IMG/VR virus record: IMGVR_UViG_3300025466_000012
Span: 1-64,000 of that record
DNA length: 64,000 bases
From: a virus
Strand: one strand, 5' to 3'
Shown: positions 10,144 through 20,194 of the stretch, piece after piece
Layout of the letters: every line of letters starts with the position of its first letter
Position numbering within the stretch: position 1 is the first letter of the stretch
The notes under the pieces: model-generated
What the model was told of the DNA's origin: nothing
Databases searched by the model: none
What the model saw: only the letters and a program-made list of their open reading frames with translations
Made by a program: the position numbers and the translations under genes

Positions 10144-12912
10144 ATGGCTAAACTGCTATCAGGAACCACCATATACGGTAATGCGGTCGTACAAACCTAC
10201 ATTACCGTCACAGGCAACGTCATCGGCGGTAACGTATTAGTTACCAGTGCTGGACAGATTAGTACAGCTGGCAACGTCTATGCTGGCAATACAATTATAG
10301 CTGGATCAGAATCGGTTGCTGGAAACATAACTGGTGGTAACATACTGTCGGGCGGTTTACTTAGCATCGCTGGTAATATTACCGGTGGAAACATACAGAC
10401 AGCCGGGCAGATATCGGCCACAGGCAATATCACAATACCACAAGGCAATTTCTTTATTGGTAATGGTAGTCAATTAACAGGCGTAACAGCGTCGAGTGTA
10501 AATGCCAATTCTCTCACTGGCAACACAATAAATTCAGGTGTCATTAACTCCAGTTTACAAAACTTTGGGCTGGTTACAGCAATCAGCGCCACAGGTACTA
10601 TCACTACCACAGGTAACGTGATTGGTGGTAACTTGGTCACAGGTGGTTTAATAACATCGGTTGGCAATATCACCGGCGGCAACATCATCAGTTTGGGCGC
10701 AATCACAGCCACAACCACTGTAAATGCAGCAGGTAATGTCACTGGCGGCAACATACTCACAGCCGGACAAGTAAGTGCTACTGCCAACGTCACTGGCGGC
10801 AATGTGCTGACAGCAGGACTGGTAAGTGCTACTGGCAACGTAACTGGCGGCAATATTACCACAGCTGGTGCTATAACAGCAACCGGTACCATTATTTCAT
10901 CTGCCAATATCACTGGTGGTAATTTGATAACAGGTGGATTGGTCAGCGTTGGCGGTAATGTAAACAGTGCTGGTGTAAACACTGGCTATATCAGCCAAAC
11001 TGGTAATTTATATGTTGGTGGTAATGCAAATATCATTGGTAATTTGAATGTTCAAGGCAATGTAACATTTGTCAACAGCAATGTGATCACTGTAAATGAT
11101 CTCTATATTGAACTGGCCAACAACGTCACCACCTATGCCAATGCCAATGCAGCTGGTTTAGCAGTTGGACCAACAGGTAACAGCCTGTTCAACTGGCAGT
11201 ATCTCAACTCGGCCAATGCTTGGTCAACCAACATTGGCATCAGTGCTCAAGGCAATGTAAACGGCGGAAATGTGATCACAGGTGGTTTGATAACAGCCAC
11301 CGGCACTATATCTGGTGGTAACATCAGTACAGCTGGTTATGTAAGTGCTGCGGGCAACATCTATGGTGGCAATTTGAGCGTGACTGGCAGTATCAACTTT
11401 GCCACAGTGACAGGTACTACAATTTCAGTAACCGGCAACGTGACGGGTGGAAACTTGTTGACAGGTGGTGGCATAAGTGCTGCTGGACAAATTTCAGCCA
11501 CAGCCAATATCACCGGTGGCAACATATTGACAGCAGGACTAGTAAGCGCCACGGGTGCCATCACTAGTGGTGCTAACATCACAGGCGCCAACATACTCAC
11601 AGCCGGCTTAGTAAGTGCTACTGCCAACGTGATTGGCGGCAACGTGCTGACAGCTGGTTTGATCAGCGCAACTGGTACTATTACCAGCAACGCCAACATT
11701 TCGGGTGCCAACGTTAATACAACAGGGCAGGTAAGTGCTACTGCCAACATCACTGGTGGCAACTTGTTGACAGCAGGTTTGATCAGTGCTACGGGTGCTA
11801 TAACCAGCGCAGCCAACATCACTGGTGGCAACGTGCTGACAGGTGGTTTGATCAGTGCCACAGGGGCTATCACAGCTGCCAATATTACTGGTAGCAACTT
11901 TAACACAGCAGGCCTAATCACAGCAACTGGCAACATCACTGGTGGCAACATAAACACAGCTGGACAAGTGGTTGCTACTGCCAACATAACTGGTGGTAAC
12001 TTGTTGACAGCTGGTTTGGCCAGCGTAGGCGGCAATTTGACTGCGGGCAACATACAGACAGCAGGTCAGATATCAGCCACAGGCAATATCACAGCAGCAA
12101 CTGGTGCGTACTTTGTTGGTAACGGTAGTCAGTTGACTGGTGTAACTGCAAGCAGTGTGAATGCTAACAGCTTGACCGGCAATACCATAAATTCAGGTGT
12201 TGTTAATTCCAGTTTGACCAATTTTGGTTTGGTCACAGCAATCAGTGCCACAGGCACAATCACTACCACAGGTAACGTGATTGGTGGCAATGTACTCACA
12301 GGCGGTTTGATCAGTGCTACAGGTGCCATAACCAGTGCAAACAACATTACCGGTGCTAATATACTCACAGCAGGCCAGGTAAGTGCAGGTGGCAACATTT
12401 ATGCACAAAACATCAGCGTAAGCGGCAACATCACTGGCAACATCAGCTTTGATACCACTATCAGTGCTGCCGGTAACATCATTGGTGGCAATTTACTGAC
12501 AGCTGGTTTGATAACAGCCACAGGCACCATAACTGGTGGAAATGTAAGCACTGCTGGCTATGTGACTGCTACTGGCAACGTGACCGGTGGTAATATTAAC
12601 ACAGCCGGACAGGTCAACGCAACTGCCAACGTAACTGGTGGCAACATACTCACAGCAGGACTAGTAAGTGCCACAGGTGCCATAACCAGCGCAGCCAACG
12701 TGACTGGTGGCAACATACTCACAGCTGGACAAGTAAGTGCCACTGCCAACGTAACTGGTGGCAACATAGCCACAGCTGGTCAGGTGACAGCAACTGGTAA
12801 CATAACAACCAGTGCATACTTGAATTTGGCCAACAGTGCCAATGCAAGCGGCCCAGGTGGACACATAATTTACAACACCAGCTTACAAAGTATAGACTTT
12901 ACATTCGGTTAA
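10144..12912 (+). CDS. Tail fibre protein (922 aa)
   Basis: GNITGGNILTAGLISAT repeats; ends SIDFTFG. Confidence 0.75.
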   Translation: MAKLLSGTTIYGNAVVQTYITVTGNVIGGNVLVTSAGQISTAGNVYAGNTIIAGSESVAGNITGGNILSGGLLSIAGNITGGNIQTAGQISATGNITIPQGNFFIGNGSQLTGVTASSVNANSLTGNTINSGVINSSLQNFGLVTAISATGTITTTGNVIGGNLVTGGLITSVGNITGGNIISLGAITATTTVNAAGNVTGGNILTAGQVSATANVTGGNVLTAGLVSATGNVTGGNITTAGAITATGTIISSANITGGNLITGGLVSVGGNVNSAGVNTGYISQTGNLYVGGNANIIGNLNVQGNVTFVNSNVITVNDLYIELANNVTTYANANAAGLAVGPTGNSLFNWQYLNSANAWSTNIGISAQGNVNGGNVITGGLITATGTISGGNISTAGYVSAAGNIYGGNLSVTGSINFATVTGTTISVTGNVTGGNLLTGGGISAAGQISATANITGGNILTAGLVSATGAITSGANITGANILTAGLVSATANVIGGNVLTAGLISATGTITSNANISGANVNTTGQVSATANITGGNLLTAGLISATGAITSAANITGGNVLTGGLISATGAITAANITGSNFNTAGLITATGNITGGNINTAGQVVATANITGGNLLTAGLASVGGNLTAGNIQTAGQISATGNITAATGAYFVGNGSQLTGVTASSVNANSLTGNTINSGVVNSSLTNFGLVTAISATGTITTTGNVIGGNVLTGGLISATGAITSANNITGANILTAGQVSAGGNIYAQNISVSGNITGNISFDTTISAAGNIIGGNLLTAGLITATGTITGGNVSTAGYVTATGNVTGGNINTAGQVNATANVTGGNILTAGLVSATGAITSAANVTGGNILTAGQVSATANVTGGNIATAGQVTATGNITTSAYLNLANSANASGPGGHIIYNTSLQSIDFTFG

Positions 12913-12927
12913 TAAAGGAACCCAATT

Positions 12928-13152
12928 ATGACATTTTTAGCCGCTAGACTATACAATTCTGGAAACCTGTTGATAGCTAACACCATCCAGTTTGATGAGA
13001 CTACATACAGCAATGCTCATATCGCTAACAGTGCCTGCTATGCAGGCCTGTTTGATGAGGTAACAGGAACTGGAAATGTAGCGTATAGAATCACCAACAC
13101 TGGAACAATGCTGGTATCGGGAATATTTGACGAGTATACTGGCATAAGTTAA
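12928..13152 (+). CDS. Small fibre-associated protein, paralogous to the termini of the 9257 LamG protein
   Basis: SD AAGGA; LAARL...FDE...YAGLFDEV...GTMLVSGIFDEYTGIS. Confidence 0.75.
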   Translation: MTFLAARLYNSGNLLIANTIQFDETTYSNAHIANSACYAGLFDEVTGTGNVAYRITNTGTMLVSGIFDEYTGIS

Positions 13153-13159
13153 AGGTACT

Positions 13160-13537
13160 ATGGCCAAATTACAAAGTGGAACCACGGTATATGGTAATGC
13201 CACGGTTAACACATATCTAACAGTCGGAAGTTATGCTTCTGTTTCTGGTAATGTGTATGCTGGCAACACCGTTGTTACCGGATCTGAAACAGTCACCGGT
13301 AACATTGTTGGTGGTAACATACAGACACTGGGGCAAATTTCAGCCACCGGCAATATCACAGTCAATGCCAGCGGTTACTTTATCGGCAACGGTAGCCTGT
13401 TGACCGGTGTACAATCCAGCAACGGCGGTAACCTTGTTGTTTTGCAACGCACCGGCAGCTTGAAAGTGCCTATTGTGTATGGTTATCTATTGGTCATGGG
13501 TCGCGCTGGAAATGTACAATGCCCGATTGTCGCATAA
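13160..13537 (+). CDS. Small fibre-associated protein, paralogue of the 10144 N-terminus
   Basis: MAKLQSGTTVYGNA versus MAKLLSGTTIYGNA. Confidence 0.75.
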   Translation: MAKLQSGTTVYGNATVNTYLTVGSYASVSGNVYAGNTVVTGSETVTGNIVGGNIQTLGQISATGNITVNASGYFIGNGSLLTGVQSSNGGNLVVLQRTGSLKVPIVYGYLLVMGRAGNVQCPIVA

Positions 13538-13560
13538 ATACAAGATACTAGGACAATACC

Positions 13561-16500
13561 ATGGCAAATAGATTTCCGTTAATAGCTAATGCAACAGCTG
13601 ATCAAATACAAGAACTGGCCAGTGGGGATTTTTTAGATCTCAGCCAAAGCGGCATTGCCAACAGTGGCAATATCACCGTGGCCAGTGGCAGTTTCTATTT
13701 TGGTAACGGCAGCCAGCTCACTGGAGTCATAGCTGCAGATTCTGGTTTTCCAATCACAGCTGGCACTAGCAATTTAAACGCACCATCCAACGGCAACATC
13801 ACGGCCACAATAGGCGGTACTGGTGTAGTGGTCTGGGCCACTACCGGCGAATACGTTACTGGTCTTATATCAGCATCGGGCAATGTGACCGCTAGTCAAT
13901 TTAATGGATCTGGTGCAGGCCTGACCAGTATACCAGGTGCCAATGTGACAGGCACAGTGGCCAATGCCACATACGCAACATCGGCAGGGTCAGCAGTGGG
14001 CACTGCAGCCACGGTAACTGTCAATGCACAACCAAATATCACTTCAGTTGGTACCTTGACATCAGTAACATCGTCGGGTCTTGTATCAACCACAGGCAAC
14101 ATAGTTGGTAGCAATATTATAACCAGCGGAAGTGTGTTGCCCACAGCCAATGCCACACAAGACCTAGGATCACCCACATTACAATGGGCTCACCTTTATG
14201 TCAGTGGTAACAGTATCTATCTTGGCGGCGGTGCTCTTACTGCCAATGCTGGTCAGCTGTCTTTTTCTGGAAATGCTGTAGTCACAGCCAATGCCACAGG
14301 CGTTTCAAGCACAGTAGGAAATGTGGCTATCAGCGGCAATGTGCAAGGTGGCAACATACTCACAGCTGGCTTAGTAAGTGCCGGTGCCAATATCACAGGC
14401 GGCAACGTACTTACAGCTGGATCAATCTCAGCCACTGGCAATATCACTGGCAATTATATTATTGGTAACGGCAGCCAATTAACCGGTGTAACTGCAAGCA
14501 GTGTGAATGCCAACAATTTGACTGGCAATACTCTTGCTAGTGGTGTAATCAACTCCAGCTTGACAAATTTTGGTCTAGTCAGCTCAATCAGTGCTACTGG
14601 TACTATCAGTACTGGCGGCAACGTACAAAGTGGCAACGTCCTAACTGGTGGTTTGATCAGTTCAACTGGCAACATAACCGGCGGCAATGTTGGTGCTACT
14701 ACTATAACTGCAACCACAGTAACAGCAAGTGGCAATGTGTATGCTGGAAATCTTGTCAATTCGGGCAGTTCTAGTATAACCGGAAATATCACAGCTGGCA
14801 ACATACTTACAGCAGGCTTGATAAGCGCCACTGGTACAGTAACCGCTAGTCAGTTTAATGGATCTGGTGCAGGCCTGACCAGTATACCGGGTGCCAATGT
14901 GACAGGTACAGTGGCCAATGCCACTTACGCAACATCGGCAGGGTCAGCAGTAGGTACCGCGGCCACAGTGACAGCCAATGCACAACCAAACATAACATCT
15001 GTTGGCACACTTACATCAGTAACATCATCGGGCTTGATTTCAACCACAGGTAATGTGGTTGGTAACTATATCTTGGGCAATGGTGCACTTTTAACTGGTG
15101 TGATCACCAGCGTGGCCAACATCAACAACGGCACTAGCAATGTGACCGTGACTGCGTCGGGCGGCAATATCACTGTGGGTGTGAGTGGTGTGGGCAATGT
15201 GGCGGTATTTGCTCCAACTGGAGAATATGTAACTGGTATAGTCAGCGCCTCGGGCAACATTGTTGGAGGCAATATATTAACAACTGGATTGATTAGCTCA
15301 ACTGGTAATGCTATACACGGCAACATACTTACAGCTGGGTTAATTAGCTCAACTGGTAATATTATTGGTGGTAACATCGCTACGGCCGGGTTGATTAGCT
15401 CAACTGGTACAGTAACCGCTAGTCAATTTAATGGATCTGGAGCTGGCTTGACCAGTATACCAGGTGCCAATGTGACAGGCACAGTGGCCAATGCCACTTA
15501 CGCGGTCAGTGCTGGATCAGCAGTGGGCACTGCAGCCACCGTGACAGCCAATGCACAACCAAACATAACATCAGTTGGTACCTTGACATCAGTAACATCG
15601 TCGGGCTTGATTTCAACCACAGGTAATGTGGTTGGGGCCAATATCAACACAACTGGGTTGGCCAGCGTTGGAGGCAATTTGTATGTGGGCGGTAGCGCCA
15701 ACATTATTGGCAACCTGAACGTACAAGGCAATGTCACATTTATCAATTCAAATGTAATCACAGTCAACGATCTCTACATCGAATTGGCCAACAACGTCAC
15801 TACCTATGCCAATGCCAATTCGGCTGGTTTAGCAGTTGGACCAACAGGCAGTACATTATTTAATTGGCAGTATCTCAATTCGGCCAATGCTTGGAGCACC
15901 AACATTGGCATTACTGCTACCGGTAACGTTACCGGCGGCAACATACTTACGACTGGGTTGATCAGTGCTGCTGGCAATCTTGCAGGTGGCAACCTGTTGT
16001 TGACAGGCACTATTAGTACATCAGGAAACAGTCAAGCAGCCAGCTACAGTGCCAGTGGCAACATAACCGGTGGCAATATAAACACAGGTGGAGTAGTTAG
16101 TGCCACAGGTAACGTTTATGTGGCTAATCTAATCAATAGCGGATCTGAAACCGTCACCGGTAACATAACCGGTGGCAATATAAACACAGGTGGACGTGTT
16201 ACAGCAGTTGGTAATGTTATAGCAGCCGGGTTCCAGTATGCCAATGGGACGCCTGTACAAGGATCGGGCGCACAAGGTACTACGGGTACTACTGGATCGC
16301 AAGGAACAACAGGAAGCCAGGGCACTGCTGGAACAAATGGCAGTCAAGGAACAACAGGCACACAAGGCACAGTCGGAACACAAGGTACTGTGGGTGCTCA
16401 AGGTACTGTGGGTGCTCAAGGTACTGTGGGTGCTCAAGGTGCTACAGGCTCAGCAGGAAGCCAGGGCACTGTAGGAGCTCAAGGTACTGCCGGAACAAAT

Positions 16501-17226
16501 GGCAGTCAAGGTACAGCTGGAACAAATGGCAGTCAAGGAACAACAGGAAGCCAGGGTACTGCTGGAACAAACGGAAGCCAAGGTACAGCTGGAACAAATG
16601 GTAGTCAAGGAACCACAGGTACCACAGGTAGCCAAGGTACTGCTGGATCAACAGGTAGCCAAGGTGCCACAGGCCCAAGCACAGCAATCAATGCCACCGC
16701 AGTCACAACTGGTACATTTTATCCAGTATTTGTGGCTAGTGCTGGGTCAAATCAAACTCCCAGCGTGCGGACCACTGCCACAGCATTCAGCATCAATGCT
16801 GCTACCAATGTGCTCACAGTCACAGCAACCACAGCGCAATATGCCGACTTGGCAGAATGCTACGCAGCCGATACCGACTACGAACCAGGCACAGTTATGG
16901 TATTTGGTGGTGCCAATGAAATCACTATCAGCAATTCTGCTAGCGATCCTGCCATAGCTGGGGTGGTATCTACCGAACCAGCACACCTCATGAACGGATT
17001 CCAGAGCGGAGAAAATGTGTTGCCAATTGCCCTGGTTGGTCGCGTGCCGTGTCGGGTGGTTGGACCCATAGTCAAAGGTGATCGACTTGTAACTGGAACT
17101 GTTCCAGGAACAGCAGTCAAATTGGATCCGGCGCAGTACCAACCCGGTTGTCTAATCGGTAAAGCCCTACAAGATTACGACAGTGCCACGCCAGGTGTGA
17201 TTGAAATATCCGTAGGTCGCGCCTGA
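13561..17226 (+). CDS. Tail fibre with collagen-like segment and C-terminal Peptidase_G2-like (intramolecular chaperone) domain
   Basis: ATAAATA at 13534; G-X-Y run; YADLAECY...GTVMVFGG...GVVS...ALVGRVPCRV...KGD.L...IGKAL. Confidence 0.8.
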   Translation: MANRFPLIANATADQIQELASGDFLDLSQSGIANSGNITVASGSFYFGNGSQLTGVIAADSGFPITAGTSNLNAPSNGNITATIGGTGVVVWATTGEYVTGLISASGNVTASQFNGSGAGLTSIPGANVTGTVANATYATSAGSAVGTAATVTVNAQPNITSVGTLTSVTSSGLVSTTGNIVGSNIITSGSVLPTANATQDLGSPTLQWAHLYVSGNSIYLGGGALTANAGQLSFSGNAVVTANATGVSSTVGNVAISGNVQGGNILTAGLVSAGANITGGNVLTAGSISATGNITGNYIIGNGSQLTGVTASSVNANNLTGNTLASGVINSSLTNFGLVSSISATGTISTGGNVQSGNVLTGGLISSTGNITGGNVGATTITATTVTASGNVYAGNLVNSGSSSITGNITAGNILTAGLISATGTVTASQFNGSGAGLTSIPGANVTGTVANATYATSAGSAVGTAATVTANAQPNITSVGTLTSVTSSGLISTTGNVVGNYILGNGALLTGVITSVANINNGTSNVTVTASGGNITVGVSGVGNVAVFAPTGEYVTGIVSASGNIVGGNILTTGLISSTGNAIHGNILTAGLISSTGNIIGGNIATAGLISSTGTVTASQFNGSGAGLTSIPGANVTGTVANATYAVSAGSAVGTAATVTANAQPNITSVGTLTSVTSSGLISTTGNVVGANINTTGLASVGGNLYVGGSANIIGNLNVQGNVTFINSNVITVNDLYIELANNVTTYANANSAGLAVGPTGSTLFNWQYLNSANAWSTNIGITATGNVTGGNILTTGLISAAGNLAGGNLLLTGTISTSGNSQAASYSASGNITGGNINTGGVVSATGNVYVANLINSGSETVTGNITGGNINTGGRVTAVGNVIAAGFQYANGTPVQGSGAQGTTGTTGSQGTTGSQGTAGTNGSQGTTGTQGTVGTQGTVGAQGTVGAQGTVGAQGATGSAGSQGTVGAQGTAGTNGSQGTAGTNGSQGTTGSQGTAGTNGSQGTAGTNGSQGTTGTTGSQGTAGSTGSQGATGPSTAINATAVTTGTFYPVFVASAGSNQTPSVRTTATAFSINAATNVLTVTATTAQYADLAECYAADTDYEPGTVMVFGGANEITISNSASDPAIAGVVSTEPAHLMNGFQSGENVLPIALVGRVPCRVVGPIVKGDRLVTGTVPGTAVKLDPAQYQPGCLIGKALQDYDSATPGVIEISVGRA
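16267..16680 (+). repeat. Collagen-like (G-X-Y)n, including 18-bp CAAGGTACTGTGGGTGCT tandem units
   Basis: Gly at every third residue over about 46 triplets. Confidence 0.9.
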
Positions 17227-17236
17227 TCAAAGAATA

Positions 17237-17276
17237 ATGTATACTAGCATTTGTCGTCATAAATGCTAGTATACAT
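17237..17276. repeat. Perfect 16-bp inverted repeat with 8-nt spacer
   Basis: ATGTATACTAGCATTT-gtcgtcat-AAATGCTAGTATACAT. Confidence 0.9.
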
Positions 17277-18279
17277 GAACTTATCCCAACAAATTGCCCA
17301 GTCGGGTCTGGTAAAATCCAGTCTAGATCGAGGTGGTAGCATACATCCCTTGATCATACCCAGTGAATTGACCAATGGAACCGGGCTCATGAATCCCAGT
17401 ATCTATCTAGACGGAGACCAGTTGTTGGTCAACATACGTCATGTCAACTATACCCTTTACCATTCCGAGCAAAAACGATTCCAACACAGATATGGACCTT
17501 TGCAATATCTGCATCCTGAAAATGATCGCAAACTACGGACCTGGAACTATTTTGGCGTACTAAATCCAGATCTTGCTCTCAAACAGATCACGGCCGTGGA
17601 TACTACCCGTCTGGATGTGGAACCCATATGGGAGTTTGTAGGCCTAGAAGATGCACGCCTGTTTCGTTGGGACAACAAGATGTTCCTGAGCGGAGTCAGA
17701 CGAGACACTACCACAAACGGCCAAGGCAGGATGGAACTGAGCGAGCTATCGGTCAAGACCAATATTGTGCGAGAAATCAAACGCACTCGTATTCCGGCAC
17801 CGGGAGCCAACGCCAGCTATTGCGAAAAGAACTGGATGCCGATCTTGGATCAGCCCTATCACTATGTCAAGTGGTCCAATCCTACCGAAGTAGTTAGGTT
17901 TGACCCGGCCACCGGAATCACAGAAACAGTGCATCTGGATGAAACCAAATTTATCAGTGGTCAGCCCGATTTCCGCGGCAGCAGCCAGGTCATACCCTAT
18001 GGCGATCTTTATTTGGCACTCATACACGAAGTGGATCTGTTCAAGAGCGAGCATGGTGAAAAAGATGCCAACTACAAACACAGATTCTTGGTCTGGGACC
18101 GATCGTGGAACATAGTCAAATTCACCGACGCATTTACATTCATGAATGCCGATATCGAGTTTTGTTGCGGTGCTGCTTTTGTAGGAGACGATCTTTTGTT
18201 GAGTTTTGGATTCCAAGACAACGCAGCATTCATCTTGCGTATGCCTAAAACTGTGTTGCGTGAATATCTAGGAGTGTGA
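17263..18279 (+). CDS. Putative glycoside hydrolase/phosphorylase-like beta-propeller (GH43/GH130-like clan); start may be 17275
   Basis: NPSI, GLEDARL, EKNWMP, FRGSSQ and IEFCCG motifs. Confidence 0.55.
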   Translation: MLVYMNLSQQIAQSGLVKSSLDRGGSIHPLIIPSELTNGTGLMNPSIYLDGDQLLVNIRHVNYTLYHSEQKRFQHRYGPLQYLHPENDRKLRTWNYFGVLNPDLALKQITAVDTTRLDVEPIWEFVGLEDARLFRWDNKMFLSGVRRDTTTNGQGRMELSELSVKTNIVREIKRTRIPAPGANASYCEKNWMPILDQPYHYVKWSNPTEVVRFDPATGITETVHLDETKFISGQPDFRGSSQVIPYGDLYLALIHEVDLFKSEHGEKDANYKHRFLVWDRSWNIVKFTDAFTFMNADIEFCCGAAFVGDDLLLSFGFQDNAAFILRMPKTVLREYLGV

Positions 18280-19514
18280 TCATGTTTGCACAGCGACTAC
18301 AACAATATATCAACAACCACAATGACTCAATGGCCAATTTTGCACTGGCACAGGAATACGAACAGATGGGCCAGACTGGTGCCGCTATCAGTTTTTATCT
18401 GCGTGCAGCCGAACGTAGCACAACTGATCTCGAGCAGTACGAATCCTTGATCAGGATGGCCTTGTGCTTTGAACGACAAAAAACTCGTGATGACACCGAG
18501 AAAGTGATCTTGCAAAAGGCTATCACGCTCATGATCGATCGTCCTGAAGCCTATTTCCTGCTCAGTCGCCTGCATGAATTCAATCGAGAATGGCACGAAA
18601 GCTATACCATGGCCTGTGTGGGTCTGCATGCGGCTCGGTTTGATCTTGACCCGTTAAAGACTGACACTCAGTATCCAGGACAGTACGGTTTGATTTTTCA
18701 AAAGGGTGTGGCCTCATGGTGGGTAGGGCTGTGTGAAGAAAGTCGACAGATCATGCACGATCTCAAGTTTGGACATCGGATGAATGATCTGTTTCGATTG
18801 GCTGTGGATAGAAATTTAGGCAACATAGGCTGGCCCAACACACGAACAGATTACAAACCCGAATTGGCATCACGTGCTCGTGCGCCATTTGCGGGACTGG
18901 ATCAACTGGAACATAATCATGCACAAAGCTACCAGGATCTATTTGTGTTGTCAGCCACCGGCGGCAAGCGCAATGGTCGATATTTGGAGATTGGCTGTGC
19001 TGAGCCATTTGACAGCAACAACACAGCCCTGTTAGAAACCAAATTTGGCTGGACCGGGGTCAGCATGGACATCAACCAACAAGTGGTCGAACAGTTCATG
19101 CGCGAACGTGACAATCTGGTATTTTGCCTGGATGCCATGCGTGTGGACTATGCCAAGTTCTTGCTCACTGTGGGATTCAGTGGAGATTTTGATTACCTAC
19201 AGGTCGACTGTGATCCGCCCAGCCACTCGTTCGCTATTCTACAACGTATTCCGTTTGATACTGTGAGATTTGCCACCATAACTTTTGAGCACGATTACTA
19301 CGTGGACCCCAGCATAAGAGATCTTTCCAGGAAATTTTTACTCGGCAAAGGTTATGTGCTAGCAGCCGGTGATATAGCATACAACCACACGCACAGCTAC
19401 GAGGATTGGTGGATCCATCCAGATTTGGTTGACCCAATCATACAGCAACAGTTGATAGATCGCAGCGATCAAATCAAACACGCCAGAGATTACCTGTTCC
19501 CCACAGCTAAATAA
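18276..19514 (+). CDS. TPR-repeat protein fused to FkbM-like SAM methyltransferase
   Basis: Helical TPR-like N-terminus (A...YLRAAE, PEAYFLL); YLEIG...SNNT.LLE...WTG.S.D, DYLQVD and ITFEHD. Confidence 0.65.
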   Translation: MIMFAQRLQQYINNHNDSMANFALAQEYEQMGQTGAAISFYLRAAERSTTDLEQYESLIRMALCFERQKTRDDTEKVILQKAITLMIDRPEAYFLLSRLHEFNREWHESYTMACVGLHAARFDLDPLKTDTQYPGQYGLIFQKGVASWWVGLCEESRQIMHDLKFGHRMNDLFRLAVDRNLGNIGWPNTRTDYKPELASRARAPFAGLDQLEHNHAQSYQDLFVLSATGGKRNGRYLEIGCAEPFDSNNTALLETKFGWTGVSMDINQQVVEQFMRERDNLVFCLDAMRVDYAKFLLTVGFSGDFDYLQVDCDPPSHSFAILQRIPFDTVRFATITFEHDYYVDPSIRDLSRKFLLGKGYVLAAGDIAYNHTHSYEDWWIHPDLVDPIIQQQLIDRSDQIKHARDYLFPTAK

Positions 19515-19531
19515 TAGCAAAGGGGAATCGC

Positions 19532-20194
19532 ATGGATGCAAAATATCGTACAGATTATGCTGGCGAGTTCGTTATCACACATACTCGTTGGGCCGGTCGC
19601 AAACGTGAAGAGACCAGAGAATGGATAGCCAATCCAATTGAAAATCATCACATCAGCGGTCGTGCAGTCTGCATTGGGCACACTTCAGAGCGTGAATATT
19701 TTGATTACACTAGATTACAACGCCATCGCGGCGGACTGCTGGGATCAAAAAAATTACAAACCTACGGAGTTGGTGCAATAGCTCACGAGATGCCATTGGA
19801 TTTTGCCGTCGACACCACCACAGACGGACTAGCTAAACTGTTAGAATCCGGCTACGCAGAAAAAAATATTGTGTATACCAATGCCAGGAACTGTATACAG
19901 CATCCAGAAAAATTTTATCTGATACCGTACAAACCTCAACTGTTGGACATTGCTATCATTATGTATCTGGCAGCATTTGATGGACACAGTGAAATATTCA
20001 TGCTGGGTTATCATAAAGAAACCGACACCGGCTCCAACAGATGGATCGAACAGATTACATCTGTGATACAGGCCTATTCAGGAACGCAATTCACATTTGC
20101 AGGCGAACCCACCAACATGCCCGATGCTTGGCTGGATCAGCCCAACGCACGGGCGTTAAATTATAGAGATTTTATAGGCTACTGCGACATTTGA
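19532..20194 (+). CDS. Hypothetical protein, possibly Maf/DUF115-like glycan-related
   Basis: AVCIG...R, AAFDGHSEIFMLG pattern; CTAAATA at 19507. Confidence 0.4.
   Translation: MDAKYRTDYAGEFVITHTRWAGRKREETREWIANPIENHHISGRAVCIGHTSEREYFDYTRLQRHRGGLLGSKKLQTYGVGAIAHEMPLDFAVDTTTDGLAKLLESGYAEKNIVYTNARNCIQHPEKFYLIPYKPQLLDIAIIMYLAAFDGHSEIFMLGYHKETDTGSNRWIEQITSVIQAYSGTQFTFAGEPTNMPDAWLDQPNARALNYRDFIGYCDI

Noticed and set aside
1328-16957. Many long antisense or alternate-frame ORFs (MLPP.../LPVAV... type) over the fibre genes
   Set aside because: Shadows of repetitive Gly/Asn/Thr codons that lack stops on the other strand; no SD or independent motifs
930-17226. Diversity-generating retroelement acting on the fibres
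   Set aside because: No reverse transcriptase in the window, and repeat differences are synonymous rather than adenine-specific
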